Assembly (NCBI GenBank): GCA_937944945.1
Contig: CALEBD010000406.1
Span: 48,050 to 112,049, forward strand
From: an uncultured Clostridium sp.
GTDB lineage: Bacteria > Bacillota > Clostridia > Peptostreptococcales > Peptostreptococcaceae
Direction: 5' to 3'
DNA length: 64,000 bases
How positions within the stretch are numbered: the stretch's first letter is position 1; each line of letters starts with the position of its first letter. Below, one piece after another: positions 1-12,181 of this stretch. The notes below the pieces were generated by a model. That model searched no databases, had not been told where the DNA came from, and saw only the letters and a program-made list of their open reading frames with translations. Both the position numbers and the translations under genes were made by a program.

Positions 1-2
1 AT

Positions 3-320
3 TTAGTTCCTGCAACATCTGGTACAACAGGAAACATTTTTGTTGAGTATATTTGTGTCTATGAAAACACATAGGCTAAGTATATTTGGGAAAAAATTGG
101 GGAAGTTCAAACAGATGTAGATTTATCTGGATATGTAACTACAGAAACCTTTAACTAGACTATCAACACGATTAATGGTTAGCTAGCTAATGCTATAACA
201 GCATAGGATGTTACGACATCAGATGGTAGTGCTAAGGTTGTAGTTAATTATACTATTCCTAGAGATTTATATGACAGTATGGTCGAAACAGATTCCTCAG
301 ACCAAGTAATAGGAGGATAA
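3..320 (+). CDS. Partial (5'-truncated) virion fibre/minor structural protein, TAG=Gln
   Basis: Frame open from nt 3 to TAA 318-320 if TAG is read through; C-terminal part YIWEKIGEVQTDVDLSGY resembles phage fibre-associated proteins; next gene starts at 323. Confidence 0.65.
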
Positions 321-322
321 TC

Positions 323-745
323 ATGGAACTAACTATTAAACAACTTAAGCAACATGGTTAGATATTCGTTCCTTAGACTACTGCTGAAGCTGTTTTAGTT
401 AAAGATGGTGAGGAAGTTATTACTCTTGATAATATGCTAGAAAGAAAGATTGAGCAGATTATTACTCCTGCTGGGTCTGGCTTGTAGGCATTTAAACAAG
501 GGTCTAATATAATTCTTGCTCACTCCAATTCCATAACTGCAAATGAATCTCCTTCTTCAGTAAAAGTAAAATATGATAGCCGAGGACATATAGTTGAAGT
601 AGCCCCAACAAGTGAAATGACTGTAGTTGTAGACCAAGAAGGCTATTTTTAGTATAATGGTTCAGAAGACCGGAATCTACTTCTGGGGAATGATTTTGGA
701 ATAGATGAAGATAATAAAATTATATTAAAATGGAATTATTTATAA
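323..745 (+). CDS. Hypothetical tail-associated protein (140 aa, TAG=Gln)
   Basis: ATG 323 MELTIKQLKQHG(Q)IFVP(Q)TTAEAV... to TAA 743-745; only in-frame TAGs interrupt; abuts ATG 747. Confidence 0.75.
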
Positions 746-746
746 T

Positions 747-1922
747 ATGGCACTATTAAATTTTGCTAATACCTATGCTGAAATATCTGGCAATCTTTCT
801 TTGCCGGAATCTATTTCTGGGGAATACGTAAAGCTATTCTTTTCTAAAGACGGTCACATTATATCTCATGGAAAGGATTTTACTCCCACATTTACTCCTA
901 CAGTAAGAGGTTTAGTTCCTATTTCTAGCGGTAAATCCACTGAAATATTTAGAGGAAATGCTACCTGGGCTGAGATAACAACTACAGACTTACCAATGGC
1001 TGAAAATACCTCTGTAAATAACACAACAACCCTATTTACTACTTAGTAGGTTCATTAGATAATTAATGCTAGCTTTGCTGCTAACGATGCAATGCGGTAT
1101 AAGGGTACTATTACTTATAGTAATGGAAGCTATACAACACATACTGTTGCTGGAGTAGAGGTTTAGGGATTCCCTACTAAATGTGAGGTTGGGGATACCT
1201 ATAGAGTGACTTCTCAGGGAACTTATGCTGGATAGACGTGTTCAGCTGGCGACTTACTAATATGTATACAAGACGGAACAGGAAGCAGATTAAACACTGC
1301 AGCTTATTGGACAGCTGTAGAAGCAAATATTAACGGATAGGTTAAACACACTGTCAACGGTACTTCTATATATGTTTATAGTAATAGTACTAATACATTT
1401 ACTATTTATGCTCCAACAACTGGTGGTACTTAGGGTTAGGTACTACTTAGTAATGGTAGTGCTGCTCCTACTTGGGCTGCACAATCTACTTTAGTAGTAG
1501 GAGAAGCTAAGAAGGTTAGTAATGCATTGTCACTTGGTGTAGGCTTAACTTTTGGAACTACTGGAGTTACTTATAATGGTAGTGCAGCTAGAACAATATC
1601 TCTAGTAGCCGCAACTACTACTACTATAGGAGGAGTAATTGTAGACAAAGACTCTAAGAATAAAACGATTTCTGTTACTAGCGCTGGAAGCATTTATTTA
1701 ACTAAACAGAATATTATTAACGCTTTAGGTTACGACCCAGCTACAAAGGATTCATGGAGACCTATTACTATTGGAGGTGTATCAATCGGAGACAAGACGT
1801 TAAACTTCGTACCATCTGAAGATGTTTATTTAAAAGAAGACTCTAACGGGGACGATATACAAGATATTAGTTTTGGAATAAGCTGGTATAATATCAGTAC
1901 TAAAAAATACGAAACAGCATAA
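747..1922 (+). CDS. Tail fibre/tail-associated structural protein (391 aa, TAG=Gln)
   Basis: ORF fragments 747-1046 and 1527-1922 are in one frame, joined by a stretch read manually containing only TAG stops; Thr/Gly/Ser-rich, with GDTYRVTS(Q)GTYAG(Q)TCSAGDLLIC motif. Confidence 0.8.
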
Positions 1923-1925
1923 TCT

Positions 1926-3197
1926 ATGAAGATAGCATACAATCCTACTACGGCAGCAGCTTTAACGACTGCTCCCAATAATAATGATATAACCTTTGAC
2001 TTAAAGGGCTTAAATATCTTTACTAGAGGGATAAAGTTTAAAGGAACAGATACTACTTACTCAGTATTTAAAAAACATACTTCTAGTGGAAGTGGAGGTT
2101 ATAACGGATTGGTGCCTGTCCCTTCATATACTGCAACAAATGTTAGATTTTTAAGGGAAGATGGCACCTGGTCCATACCTGCGGCTGCGGCATTCATTTA
2201 TACCCAATTAACTAATCAAGATCTAGATGATTACTTAGACGAAGGGAGATGGTACTATGCTAGCGGTGGTAATACCACAACGAACAAACCTAGTGGAGTA
2301 GATGCATATGAATTATATGTTGGTCGAAATGCTGGTGGTTATCGTTATTAGAAGTTAATTACTTCTAATGGTCTGATATGGTTTAGGTACCATTATTCTT
2401 CTGCTTGGAAAACTTGGGTTAGATGGTATACAGACATGAATACTGATTAGAAAGTATTGTAGTCTGCTACCACTACCTCAAATTATAGACCTCTTGCTTT
2501 AGGTTATACTAACACAAGTACCACTGCTGATTTAGGTGCTAGTGTTACTTAGCAAGTTTATGTAACTACAACAATATATGCTCGGCCTAGTACAGGTAGT
2601 CTATGGGCTAATAAATTGTACTCAGGTGGAAAACCAGTTCTTACAGAACATCAATCATTAGCTAATTACGTTACATTAAATACTGCACAAACTATAACTG
2701 GGGCTAAGACATTCACAGTTAATGTTACAGCAGCAGGTTATAAAAAGACTAATTCTTCTGACTCTTATGTATTGTTGGGTGGAGGAGGACATAAAGCTGT
2801 ATCCGACTTTATGTTAAAAACAGAAGAATTATCTAACAATCTCACAACCATTACTAAATCGTTAAATGTTACACAAGCATGGATGGATACGGGAATAACA
2901 TCTACTAACCTTCCTGCTAATGGAACTTATATAGTATAGGTACAAGTTAGTGCTAACGATAATACAGGAGCTATGTGGCATTGCTATAATTCTGGTGTAA
3001 TGAGTTGGTATAGAGATGGTACTAATGATACAGACACCGATGAAATTATCCTTCACCGTTCTGGTCATGCTTATGGAAAAACAATTTACTTAAGAACTGT
3101 TATGCAAAGTTCTGGAGTTTTAAAATTATAGATAGGTGCAAGTGCTGGCATAGGCGCTGCTTACACTTATACATTTAAATTTAAGAGGATAATATGA
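1926..3197 (+). CDS. Tail fibre protein with pyocin-knob-like domain (423 aa, TAG=Gln)
   Basis: Frame continuous to TGA 3195-3197; GLVPVP..RFLREDGTW fibre motif; DLDDYLDEGRWY..NKPSG..WFRY..WKTW knob-like segment; YVTLNTAQTITGAKTF repeat. Confidence 0.8.
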
Positions 3198-6100
3198 TAA
3201 AAGTTAAAGATGGATATGCAAAACTTATAGGAACCACATATCAAGGAAGCGCTACACAAGTCCTTCTTAGCAACGGAGGAGACTTAGAGTACTCTGCTTC
3301 AAGCAAAGCCAGCACCCTAGTTCAACGAAACGCCAGCTAGCATATTTACGCTACTTATTTTAACTCAGCTATTTCTGATGAAGCGTTAACAGATATTGGT
3401 TCCGTATATGTAAGAAATACTTCTGATACCTTTATTAGAAGAGTGAGTAAGACTTAGTTTTATTCAATTTTAGATAATAAGTTTGTAACTCTTGACACTA
3501 CTCAAAGTATTACAGGAGCAAAGACTTTTTCTACTAGTGTTAGATTTGTTAGTAATGCTAGTATTATATAGAACTAGAATGATACTAGTAACTATACTAC
3601 TATACTGAAATGGTATAAAAATGGTGCATCTAGGAATACCTACGACCCTTCTATAGGACAGCATAATACTGGAGGAGATGGAAATGGCTCTATCTGCATA
3701 CTTCCGTATCCTACAGCAACTAGTCCTTGGGGTGGAACGGTAGGTCTGTTTATAAGTAAAGGGGTTTTAAAATTAGATGGTAAATCAGTCGCACTAGCTG
3801 AGAATTACTATACTAAAACTGAATCCGATGAGAGATATGTGAATGTAACTGGAGATACTATGACTGGACCTCTAATAGTAAAAGCTGCTATAACAGGAAC
3901 TCAGTTAATATCTACTATTGCTACAGGTACCTCTCCATTAAAGGTAACTAGCACAACTGTTGTTTCTAACCTAAATTCAGACTTATTAGACGGGTTACAT
4001 GAAACTTCATTCTTTAGAGCTAGAGGAGATTAGTCCATAGCAAGTTCTGTTCCTACAACTACCGAATTAGCAAATAATAATAATTTATGTGGTAGCTGGA
4101 ATGTAAAGTATACAGGAGCTTCTGGACACCTAGTATAGTTTAATACTGGAAGTGGAAGTACCAGATATATGTAGTTCTACTCTATGTATTCTGGAAGTTT
4201 GTATTGGAGAAATAGTACAGACTCAACTTTGAATACAAAATCATGGAAAACTATTGTAGATAGTTCTAATTATACTGCCTATGTAAATCCAGCTAATTTC
4301 GTAACATCTCTTGGAACTAATGGAAACTATGTAACCTGGACTAAAAATGGTACTACTAATAACTTAACAGTTCCCTTTGCTACTACTTCTAACGTATTAA
4401 ATAACCTAGGAAATAGAACAGCTATATCTGGAACTACTGTTGGATAGAGTGGGCTTAGGTTGTACGAAGTTTATAATAATGGTTATCCAGTAAACTTCGG
4501 TAATGTTTTAAATATTGGTGGGCGAGGTTATGGAGAACTTTTGTTTTAGTGGACTTGGGATAGTAATCCTGGACATTTGTACTACAGAAGTAAAAGAGAT
4601 GTGGCTTCATAGGCTTGGAGTAATTGGGTTACTATACTAGATAATAATAACTATTCTTCTACTCTAGATGGTAGATATGTAACTCTTGCTACAAACTAGA
4701 CAGTTAGTGGAATTAAAACTTTCAGTACACAATAGAAATTTACTGTAGCGACTGGAACATCTCCTTTCACAGTATCTTCTACTACTGTTGTTTCTAACCT
4801 AAATGCTGATATGCTAGATGGATGGCATCTAAATTATATACTAAAAGATGGATTTGTCACAAGTTCCACGTCTGGACTTTCGTCGTATTGGAGAAAGGTG
4901 TGGGACATAACATTAAATAATTAGTATAATGATGTTGACATTAATCTTCTTGTGCATTCAGCTTATAATTCGTAGTGGGGAATAATATCTTTTAAATTAA
5001 GATAGAATGGAACTGGAACCGCAAAGAATATATCTGCTTACCTGGCTGAAGTTGTAGGAAATATACCACTAGATAGATTCAGATTATACTATAACAATAG
5101 TAGTGGATTATGTTAGCTATGGTGCAATCCAAGTGGTAAGTATAACGTCTATAACTATAGAGTTCTAGCTAAGACTTGGAGAGTAGGTACTGAGGTTGCT
5201 ACTCTTGGGACATTTTATACTGGTTAGACTTCCACAGCACAGTCTCTTCCTTCTGATAGTTATGTTTCTATGGCTGGAATAACTATAGTTAATACGGCTG
5301 CAAAGGTTGCTAATACCCTAACATTTTCTGCAGGAAAATTTTCTTCTAAAACGTATAACGGAAGTTCTGCAATAACAGTTAATGTTCCGACTCGCACTAG
5401 TCATTTAACAAATGATAGTGGATTCTGGACTGGAACAAGATATTGGGCTAACATAGCAGTATCTACTTCTTCTAGTACTGGTACTTCCCCTACATTTAGT
5501 ACTGCCTATACTTCAAATTGGTTTAGAAGTACTGGATCTACGGGATGGTATTCTCAGACTTATGGTGGTGGATGGTATATGTCCGACAGTACTTGGATTA
5601 GAACCTATGGGAGTAAATCGGTTTATCAAAATACTGGATAGATAAGAACAGATGGATATTTAGTTACTAATGGGGGAATTACTGTAGGAGCTACTTCTCC
5701 GAATAATGGTACTTATAAATCACATGTTACTGGAAACTCATGGTCTTCTGGATATATTAGAGCAGGTGCTGGTTTTTATCATAATTCAGTAAATAGTAAT
5801 AGCTATGTATTGTTAGCTGGAGGCTCCTACAAATCATTAGCGGACTTCGTCAAGGGTAATGCTGGTGCCTCAAATAGAGGAGTATATGTAACTAATGGAA
5901 CTGTTACTGCTATGACATATTACTTAAATGCTACAGTTAACTCTGGAGCATCTGGCAAACTAGCTTATTATAGCGGTACTAACTCTATTGACGACTATAC
6001 TAATACTATAGGATCTTCATCGACTCCTATATATATTAATAATGGAATTCCTAATGCAGCCAACAGTTATAAAGTTGTGAACAGTGGTCATTATTTTAGC

Positions 6101-6388
6101 GCTTTTGGTATAAGCGGATATATTTATGTAATTAGATATGGTTAGGTGGTATGTGTATCTATAAATATGTCTTCAGGTGGGAACGGGTCTACGGGAACAA
6201 CTACCCTTTTAACTAATCTCCCATCAGCTGTTTATACAACTGGATAGTCTGCTTCTAAAGGTGGTGGGTCAGCCCTTAGATAGGCCACTTTTTATGTTTC
6301 TGGAACAACGTTATATGTTTATTCTTACCAAGCAAATTAGTTACCAAATAAAGTGTCTTTTACATACATAACTAATACTCTAAGATAA
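3194..6388 (+). CDS. Long tail fibre / receptor-binding protein (1064 aa, TAG=Gln)
   Basis: ATGA overlap with upstream stop; ORF fragments at 3839, 4184, 5270, 5810 all in frame; internal repeats (ATGTSP..VSNLN.D.LDG twice); ends TAA 6386-6388. Confidence 0.8.
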
Positions 6389-6457
6389 TTAATAAATTTT
6401 AACTTTTAAAATAGTTTATATTTATTTAGTTTAGTATAAACCAAAAATTAATGATTT

Positions 6458-6910
6458 ATGACGTTAAATGATGTATTGACAAAACAAAATGTAATCACCA
6501 AGATTATTCTTAAGGATGGTGATAAGGAACTCTCAAAAGAGTTAAAGGTAAAGATTATGCGCATTAGAATGGCTTATAATAAAATTAAGAAGCAATTCGA
6601 TGATGATACTCAAGAATTTACAAATCAGATTATATCTGATGAACTTAGAGAATTAGCTAATAAATCCGAAAGGACTCTGGAAGAAGAAGCAAGATTCAAT
6701 GAACTCAACGATAAAACTAATTCTGAATACCAAGAATATCTTATTCAGAAGGGCTTAGAGGAAGTTAAAGATACACCAGATGATGTAATCACCATGGAAG
6801 AGTATTCAGATATTCTAGATGTTAATTCCGGAAATGATGTAGAAATTAACGGAAATTCTGTTAAGGCTGCAGACTTAATGGAAATTGTATTTGACTTATT
6901 TGTAAAATAA
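6458..6910 (+). CDS. Hypothetical protein (150 aa, acidic, helical; possibly a tail-fibre chaperone), no TAG codons
   Basis: Intact ORF in the standard code after an AT-rich intergenic region. Confidence 0.8.
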   Translation: MTLNDVLTKQNVITKIILKDGDKELSKELKVKIMRIRMAYNKIKKQFDDDTQEFTNQIISDELRELANKSERTLEEEARFNELNDKTNSEYQEYLIQKGLEEVKDTPDDVITMEEYSDILDVNSGNDVEINGNSVKAADLMEIVFDLFVK

Positions 6911-6916
6911 TAATTT

Positions 6917-7216
6917 ATGGAAATTGTAAAGTAGAATGAATCCTACCAAATCTCAGAAACAAGAGAAAATGGGCAACACATGATAGGAACTGTGAGTAAG
7001 GATGTTAACGGAGTACTTAGTATTAATTTCAATCTCCTTACTGCAGGAGAACTAAGTGATGAACATATTGGAGATGCCAACTATTATATGGCTGAAGGAG
7101 CTTCAAATGTGTCTATTAACTTTAGCGTTGCAGAACCTAATAGAGATGACTTTATGACTTATATGGATACAGTATTTGACACTGTTTTAAACTTCTTTTA
7201 GACAGAAGATAAATAA
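6917..7216 (+). CDS. Hypothetical protein (99 aa, TAG=Gln)
   Basis: ATG 6917 MEIVK(Q)NESYQ... in frame with ORF 6980-7201; reads through TAG 7199 to TAA 7214-7216. Confidence 0.75.
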
Positions 7217-7242
7217 ACTTAATATGGGAAGAAAGAAACCTA

Positions 7243-7446
7243 ATGTACCAAGAGCCGGAGTCAAAATTTGAGCATCTTTCAGATTGTGCTGAACAAATCG
7301 TTAAGCATGGAAAGAAATTGATGCATTGTTTATCAGAACTAGAAAGTAAATCTGGTGAACACTACATGGAAAGATACGGAAAACGTAGACGTGGAGGAAT
7401 GAGAGATTCTGACTACGACGACGAGGACTACCCAAGATACTATTGA
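7243..7446 (+). CDS. Small hypothetical protein (N-terminus possibly truncated or chimeric)
   Basis: ORF MYQEPESKFEHLSDCAEQIVKHGKKLMHCL...; overlapped by an out-of-frame ATG at 7224. Confidence 0.6.
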   Translation: MYQEPESKFEHLSDCAEQIVKHGKKLMHCLSELESKSGEHYMERYGKRRRGGMRDSDYDDEDYPRYY

Positions 7447-7447
7447 T

Positions 7448-7849
7448 ATGAGAGCAGCTTTGGATATGTATGACGATATGCCAAAGTATATGCGTAAGTA
7501 CTTACAAAACTACGGTTGGCATTTCAATAAGGCTTTGTGTTCATACGCTATTTCTTTTATGAAGAAGGGAGGAAAATCCCTAGAGCCAGTATCCAAAGAA
7601 TACATTGATAAGGTATTAACGTAGAATAACATTAAACTAGAAAATAATGTTGGCTATGATTATGTATTTGTTGGCAATATGTGTAAGGCTGATTATTACG
7701 GAAGTAGTATAACAGATGAAAGGCATTTTGCTCTTTACATTAAAGATACCATAGACGATGAAGACGCTGGAGATGGTACTACTATGAGAAGATGGTATGC
7801 TACTATGGTAGCTAACGGAACTATGGTAGACTGGGAGGATGTGATATGA
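7448..7849 (+). CDS. Conserved Bacteroidales phage hypothetical protein (133 aa, one TAG)
   Basis: MRAALDMYDDMPKYMRKYLQNYGWHFNKALC...WYATMVANGTMVDWEDVI; TGA 7847-7849 overlaps next ATG; absent from ORF track because of the TAG at 7622. Confidence 0.8.
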
Positions 7850-8238
7850 CACATTTCAGAGTATTGTTTGAGAAATACGATTGGGATATAGAAGTTTGCA
7901 TAATTGTAGAAAATCCCAATGTTCAATACATTTTGAGTAGATTAGAGGATTTGGGATGTCCAGACGATGTTTTACATAGGGCAGCTTCTAGGATAGAGGA
8001 TTACGAAAATTCAGGTTTTACGTTTACTAACCAAGAAGAACACAAAAGCATCATAGTTATAAATAGACCTGATTCCGCTGAGGAATTTATAGATACTTAT
8101 AACCATGAAAAGAATCATGTTGAAATGCATATATGTAAAGAGTTTGGTATTGACCCATATTCTGAAAAAGCTGCTTATCTAAGTGGTTAGTTGGCAAAAA
8201 AGTTATTTAAGGCTCAGCTTAAAAACTGGATAAAATAA
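7846..8238 (+). CDS. HExxH-motif protein, putative zinc metallopeptidase-like (130 aa)
   Basis: NHEKNH motif followed by SEKAAY; reads through TAG 8188 to TAA 8236-8238. Confidence 0.7.
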
Positions 8239-8250
8239 CTCTATATAATT

Positions 8251-8296
8251 AATAGGAGAATTTTCCGAGATTGGGAAGTTCTCCTATTTTTGTTTT
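8251..8296 (+). terminator. Rho-independent terminator
   Basis: AATAGGAGAATTTTCC..GGAAGTTCTCCTATT stem followed by a T-rich run. Confidence 0.8.
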
Positions 8297-8326
8297 GGTA
8301 AATCTGTAATTATGATTATATATTAC
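8294..8326 (+). promoter_or_regulatory. Putative promoter upstream of the endolysin
   Basis: TTTG-N19-TATATATT, similar to the Bacteroidota -33/-7 architecture and to the motif at 11091-11123. Confidence 0.4.
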
Positions 8327-8351
8327 TGTGAACACATAAACATATAATCTT

Positions 8352-8756
8352 ATGAAATTTTTTACTATTGAAGAATTAACGAAAAGCACTACTGCTTAGT
8401 AGAAGGGAATCAAGAATGTTCCTTCTAAAGAGGAAGAGCAAAATTTGATAGCTCTTATTGAAAATGTTTTAGATCCTCTTAGAGAGGCATATGGGAAGCC
8501 AATCGTTGTTACTAGTGGATATAGATGTCCAGCCCTAAACAAGGCTGTAGGAGGAGCTAGTAATAGTCAGCACATGACTGGATAGGCTGCCGATATACGT
8601 ACAGTTTTAGATACTAAATCGGAAAATAAAAAGTTATTTGATTTAGCTCAAAAATTGAAATTACCATTCGATTAGTTAATAGATGAACATAACTTAGATT
8701 GGATTCACATAAGTTATTCTAATAGAAACAGAAGACAAGTACTGACTATAAAATAA
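8352..8756 (+). CDS. Endolysin, peptidase M15A (Peptidase_M15_3-type) family (134 aa, TAG=Gln)
   Basis: FTIEELTKS..VLDPLREAYGKPIVVTSGYRCPALNKAVGG..SQHMTG(Q)AADI..FD(Q)LI..WIHIS hallmark motifs; 4 in-frame TAGs. Confidence 0.92.
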
Positions 8757-8757
8757 T

Positions 8758-11052
8758 ATGGGAGAAGGTAAAACCAATATGTTCGGTAAAACCTATAATA
8801 CTATTGGTTCTACCGATTCTAATTTTATTATAAAAACAAAAGGAGATTTAAAAGTTTAGTGGGGTGGCAAGTTTATTGATATTATAAAGAATGGTAAAAT
8901 TGCCTCTTCTAGCACTAATATATTAAAAACTGCATCTAGTTCCGATGATATTTCAGATAATGGAATATACTTAATACCTACTGAAGAAGGCAACGAAGTA
9001 TGGATTTCTATAGATGGAACTAAAATACCATTAAATAGCTCTGGAGAACAATATATTTCTTTTCTAGAAAAACAGATGTTAACTTCTGAATAGAAGGATC
9101 AGGCTCTAATAAACATAGGCTTTAATTATAACACTTTAGAGGACGCAAAAAATGCTAACATTACAACTGGTCTAGTATTTATTAAGGATTTAGGACAGTT
9201 ATTTTTAATAAAAGACGGAACTATTTCCGAATTTAAGATATAGTCAAATAATGACTCTACAGATAAATTTACGAAACTCACTGTAGGAGAGATAGAATTG
9301 TTTGAGAGTATTATTCGTGCTGTTAATTCTTTAGATTTATAGGTTGGCAATACGTCTTATTTGGCTTTATAGGATGGTAAGATATAGGTAAACGGTGATT
9401 TAGTTATGAATTCTACATCTTTATATTCCTACGGAGCCACATCTAATACTGGATATAGATTATATAACTAGGATAATAAGTCTGTCTTAGAAGTAGATAA
9501 GATTATAGTAAGAGAAGATGCTTCTTTACCATCAAACTATATCAATATATCCGTTGAGGATTTTAGGAGTCTAGTACAAAGCGCTAAGATGGATGCTAAC
9601 GTATAGTATAGACTTTATAATTTCAGAAATTTCTGGGAGTTAGCAGAGCCTGAAATTCTTCCAGAAGATGCAACAGAATCAAATCCCTCTAATGTCCATC
9701 CGCTCATAGTAACTGCAAAGAACAATTATGAATACTATTAGGATAAATGCATTTTGGAGGAAGACACAGATTATATTATTAGTTACGACATTTCTTATGA
9801 TAAAACTTACACTATTGATGGAACCAACGTACAGGCGCTGGGGTTAATAACAAAAATGACAGATAAGTATGGTAATTCTTGTAATTATAACTTTAAACAC
9901 CTAAAGTTCCTACGTGATGGGATTTGGAATTATACTTTCGGAGGGTCTGACAATACTAATTCTAATGTTTTCTATAATAATACTATTAACTTGTCTAATA
10001 TAAGAGTAGAAATTAATCATAATGGAACAGTATTGACCTTAGAGGATTTACCTAACTATGCTATACTAGAAACACCTTGTTATGGTAATAGTTTCTACGA
10101 TTAGAGGCATCCTCTATTTATTAATAGTACTTTCAATAATAATACTATGTTTGGAAGTTTTGATTAGGTTGTCTGTAGTGGGGTTATATAGGAATGCACA
10201 TTTAAAGAAGATGTATCAAATACTACTTTTAATTCTATGTTGGATAACTGCACATTCAATTATGTAGTAAATAATGCCTCTCTATTCTAGGATTCCTCTT
10301 TAACATTTAAAAATTGCCAATTTTAGTCTACAATGACTGGAGAGATTCAGACTCCTGACGAAATTATTAGAAGTTTGTTAGCTTCAGATGAGACTACATA
10401 GGTTAACGTATATAGTGAAGCAGGAGTGAGAAAATTAAGGGTAATGTCTAACTCTTCTCTTCTCATTCCTTCTGGAGTTATTTTAATGTGGAGTGGGACA
10501 GAAATTCCTTACGGATGGGCAATATGTGACGGAACTAACGGAACTCCCAATTTAGTGGGAAAATTTATTAAAGCAGTTGCCTCAGCAGATGAAGTCGGAG
10601 ACAATGACTCCATACTTGACGAAAATAATGAATTAATTCTTTCATAGGATTACTTACCAAAACATAGTCATCCTCATAAAGCCCATACTCACAGCTTAAG
10701 TGGGGATTTATCTGGAACTACGGGAAGTTCTGGAGATCTATCTGTATCTTTGGAATATTCTGATTATAACTGGGGTATAGAATCAGTTTCTAAGACTTTT
10801 GTTACTTCCGTAACCGGAGAAGGTATCACTACTGAAACTGGGACAGTAGATGGAGTATCTAATATAAAGACGTAGGGAGGTACTGCTACGGGTGGAAGCC
10901 ATACCCATTCTATATCTTTGGGGACAGATGAAGGGACTTCATTATCTTCTGCTACTAGCGAAGAGTAGACCTTGTCAGATTCTGAATGGCCTAATAAACC
11001 CTTGAAAATAGAACCACGTTCTTATTCTTTGGTATTTATTATGAAACTATAA
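8758..11052 (+). CDS. Tail/baseplate-type structural protein with C-terminal tail-collar-like domain (764 aa, TAG=Gln)
   Basis: Single frame to TAA 11050-11052; IPSGVILMWSG..PYGWAICDGTNGTPNLVGKFI and terminal EPRSYSLVFIMKL motifs; central Asn/Phe-rich beta-helix-like repeats. Confidence 0.8.
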
Positions 11053-11090
11053 TTTTTTATTATTAAAATTTAACAATTAGTTAGGTTTTA

Positions 11091-11123
11091 ATTGCTGTAT
11101 AACTAATCAATGCTTATATATTG
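11091..11123 (+). promoter_or_regulatory. Putative promoter of the capsid operon
   Basis: ATTG-N20-TATATATTG in the intergenic region, overlapped by the 8-bp inverted repeat ATTAGTTA/TAACTAAT. Confidence 0.4.
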
Positions 11124-11139
11124 TATGATTAATTAAAAA

Positions 11140-12153
11140 ATGAATATGAATATGGAAAATTTTGATGATGTAATTTTTGAAGACGACGAGTTTGGGGACA
11201 TTGACCTTGGACAGCAAAAACCAGAAGGTAATGAAGGTGATTAGCCTGCAGGCTAGCAAAAGCCTTCTGCATAGCCAGATGAAGATTTAACAACTGAAGT
11301 ACTACGTCTTAAAGGTATTACTGACCCAGGAAAAATTAAATTCGAAGACGAAACTGGTGCTATTGTAGAAAGAGCTTGGGACTCTCTAAGCAGAGAAGAA
11401 TAGATTAATATCTTGATTGACCAAGAAGTAGAACAGTAGGACTTTGACGACTCCGAATTGTAGCTTATTAATACAATTAGAGAGAGTGGAATGACTCCTG
11501 ACGAGTATATTCAATCTCTGTTGCCAGAAACAGAACCAACTAAACGATATAAAGTCGACGATCTTTCTGACGACGAAGTTTATGCATTGGATTTATTACA
11601 TAAAGTCGGGTCGGATATTTCTGATGAGGAAATTAATCAAGCACTTGAATTAGCTAAACAAAATGAAGGTCTATTCAAGAAAACAGTAGAAGGACTCCGC
11701 AAAGAGTACATAAGACTTCAGGAAGATGAAGAGGCTCAGATAGCTAACGAGAAAGCCGCAAGAGAGGAAGCTGCTTATAATAGATTTGCTGACTCTATTA
11801 AAGGACAGATTAAAGAACTTGATTCCTTTGCTGGACAACCGCTGCAACTATCTGACGACGATATAGAAGATTTATCCTCATTTATGCTAGAAATAGATGA
11901 CCAAGGATTAAGTGCATTTGGTAGAGCTATGAATGACCCTGCCCTATTTACTAAAGCTGCATTCTGGATTCTTAATGAGGATAAAATAGTAGAAGAATTA
12001 AATAAATAGATTCAGGATAACTATAGAAGAGGTTATGAGCAAGCCAAATTAGATTTACAAGGAAAACCTAAAGCTAAATTGGTGTTCAACAAACCCGCTT
12101 CACAAAAGAAAACCACAGACGATGTGTTTATAGATGATGAAGATTGGTATTAA
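11140..12153 (+). CDS. Acidic protein upstream of MCP, putative capsid scaffolding protein (337 aa, TAG=Gln)
   Basis: Very acidic, coiled-coil-like; in frame with ORF 11491-12009; ends TAA 12151-12153; position directly before MCP as in crAss-like phages. Confidence 0.75.
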
Positions 12154-12181
12154 GATTTATTAACATTTAAAAAGAATAATT

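Noticed and set aside
6050..6388. Diversity-generating retroelement target at the fibre C-terminus
   Set aside because: No template repeat or reverse transcriptase seen in this window; cannot be excluded elsewhere in the genome
6414..6441. GTTTATA/TATAAAC inverted repeat as a terminator
   Set aside because: Short and AT-only apart from the ends, no U tract; likely chance
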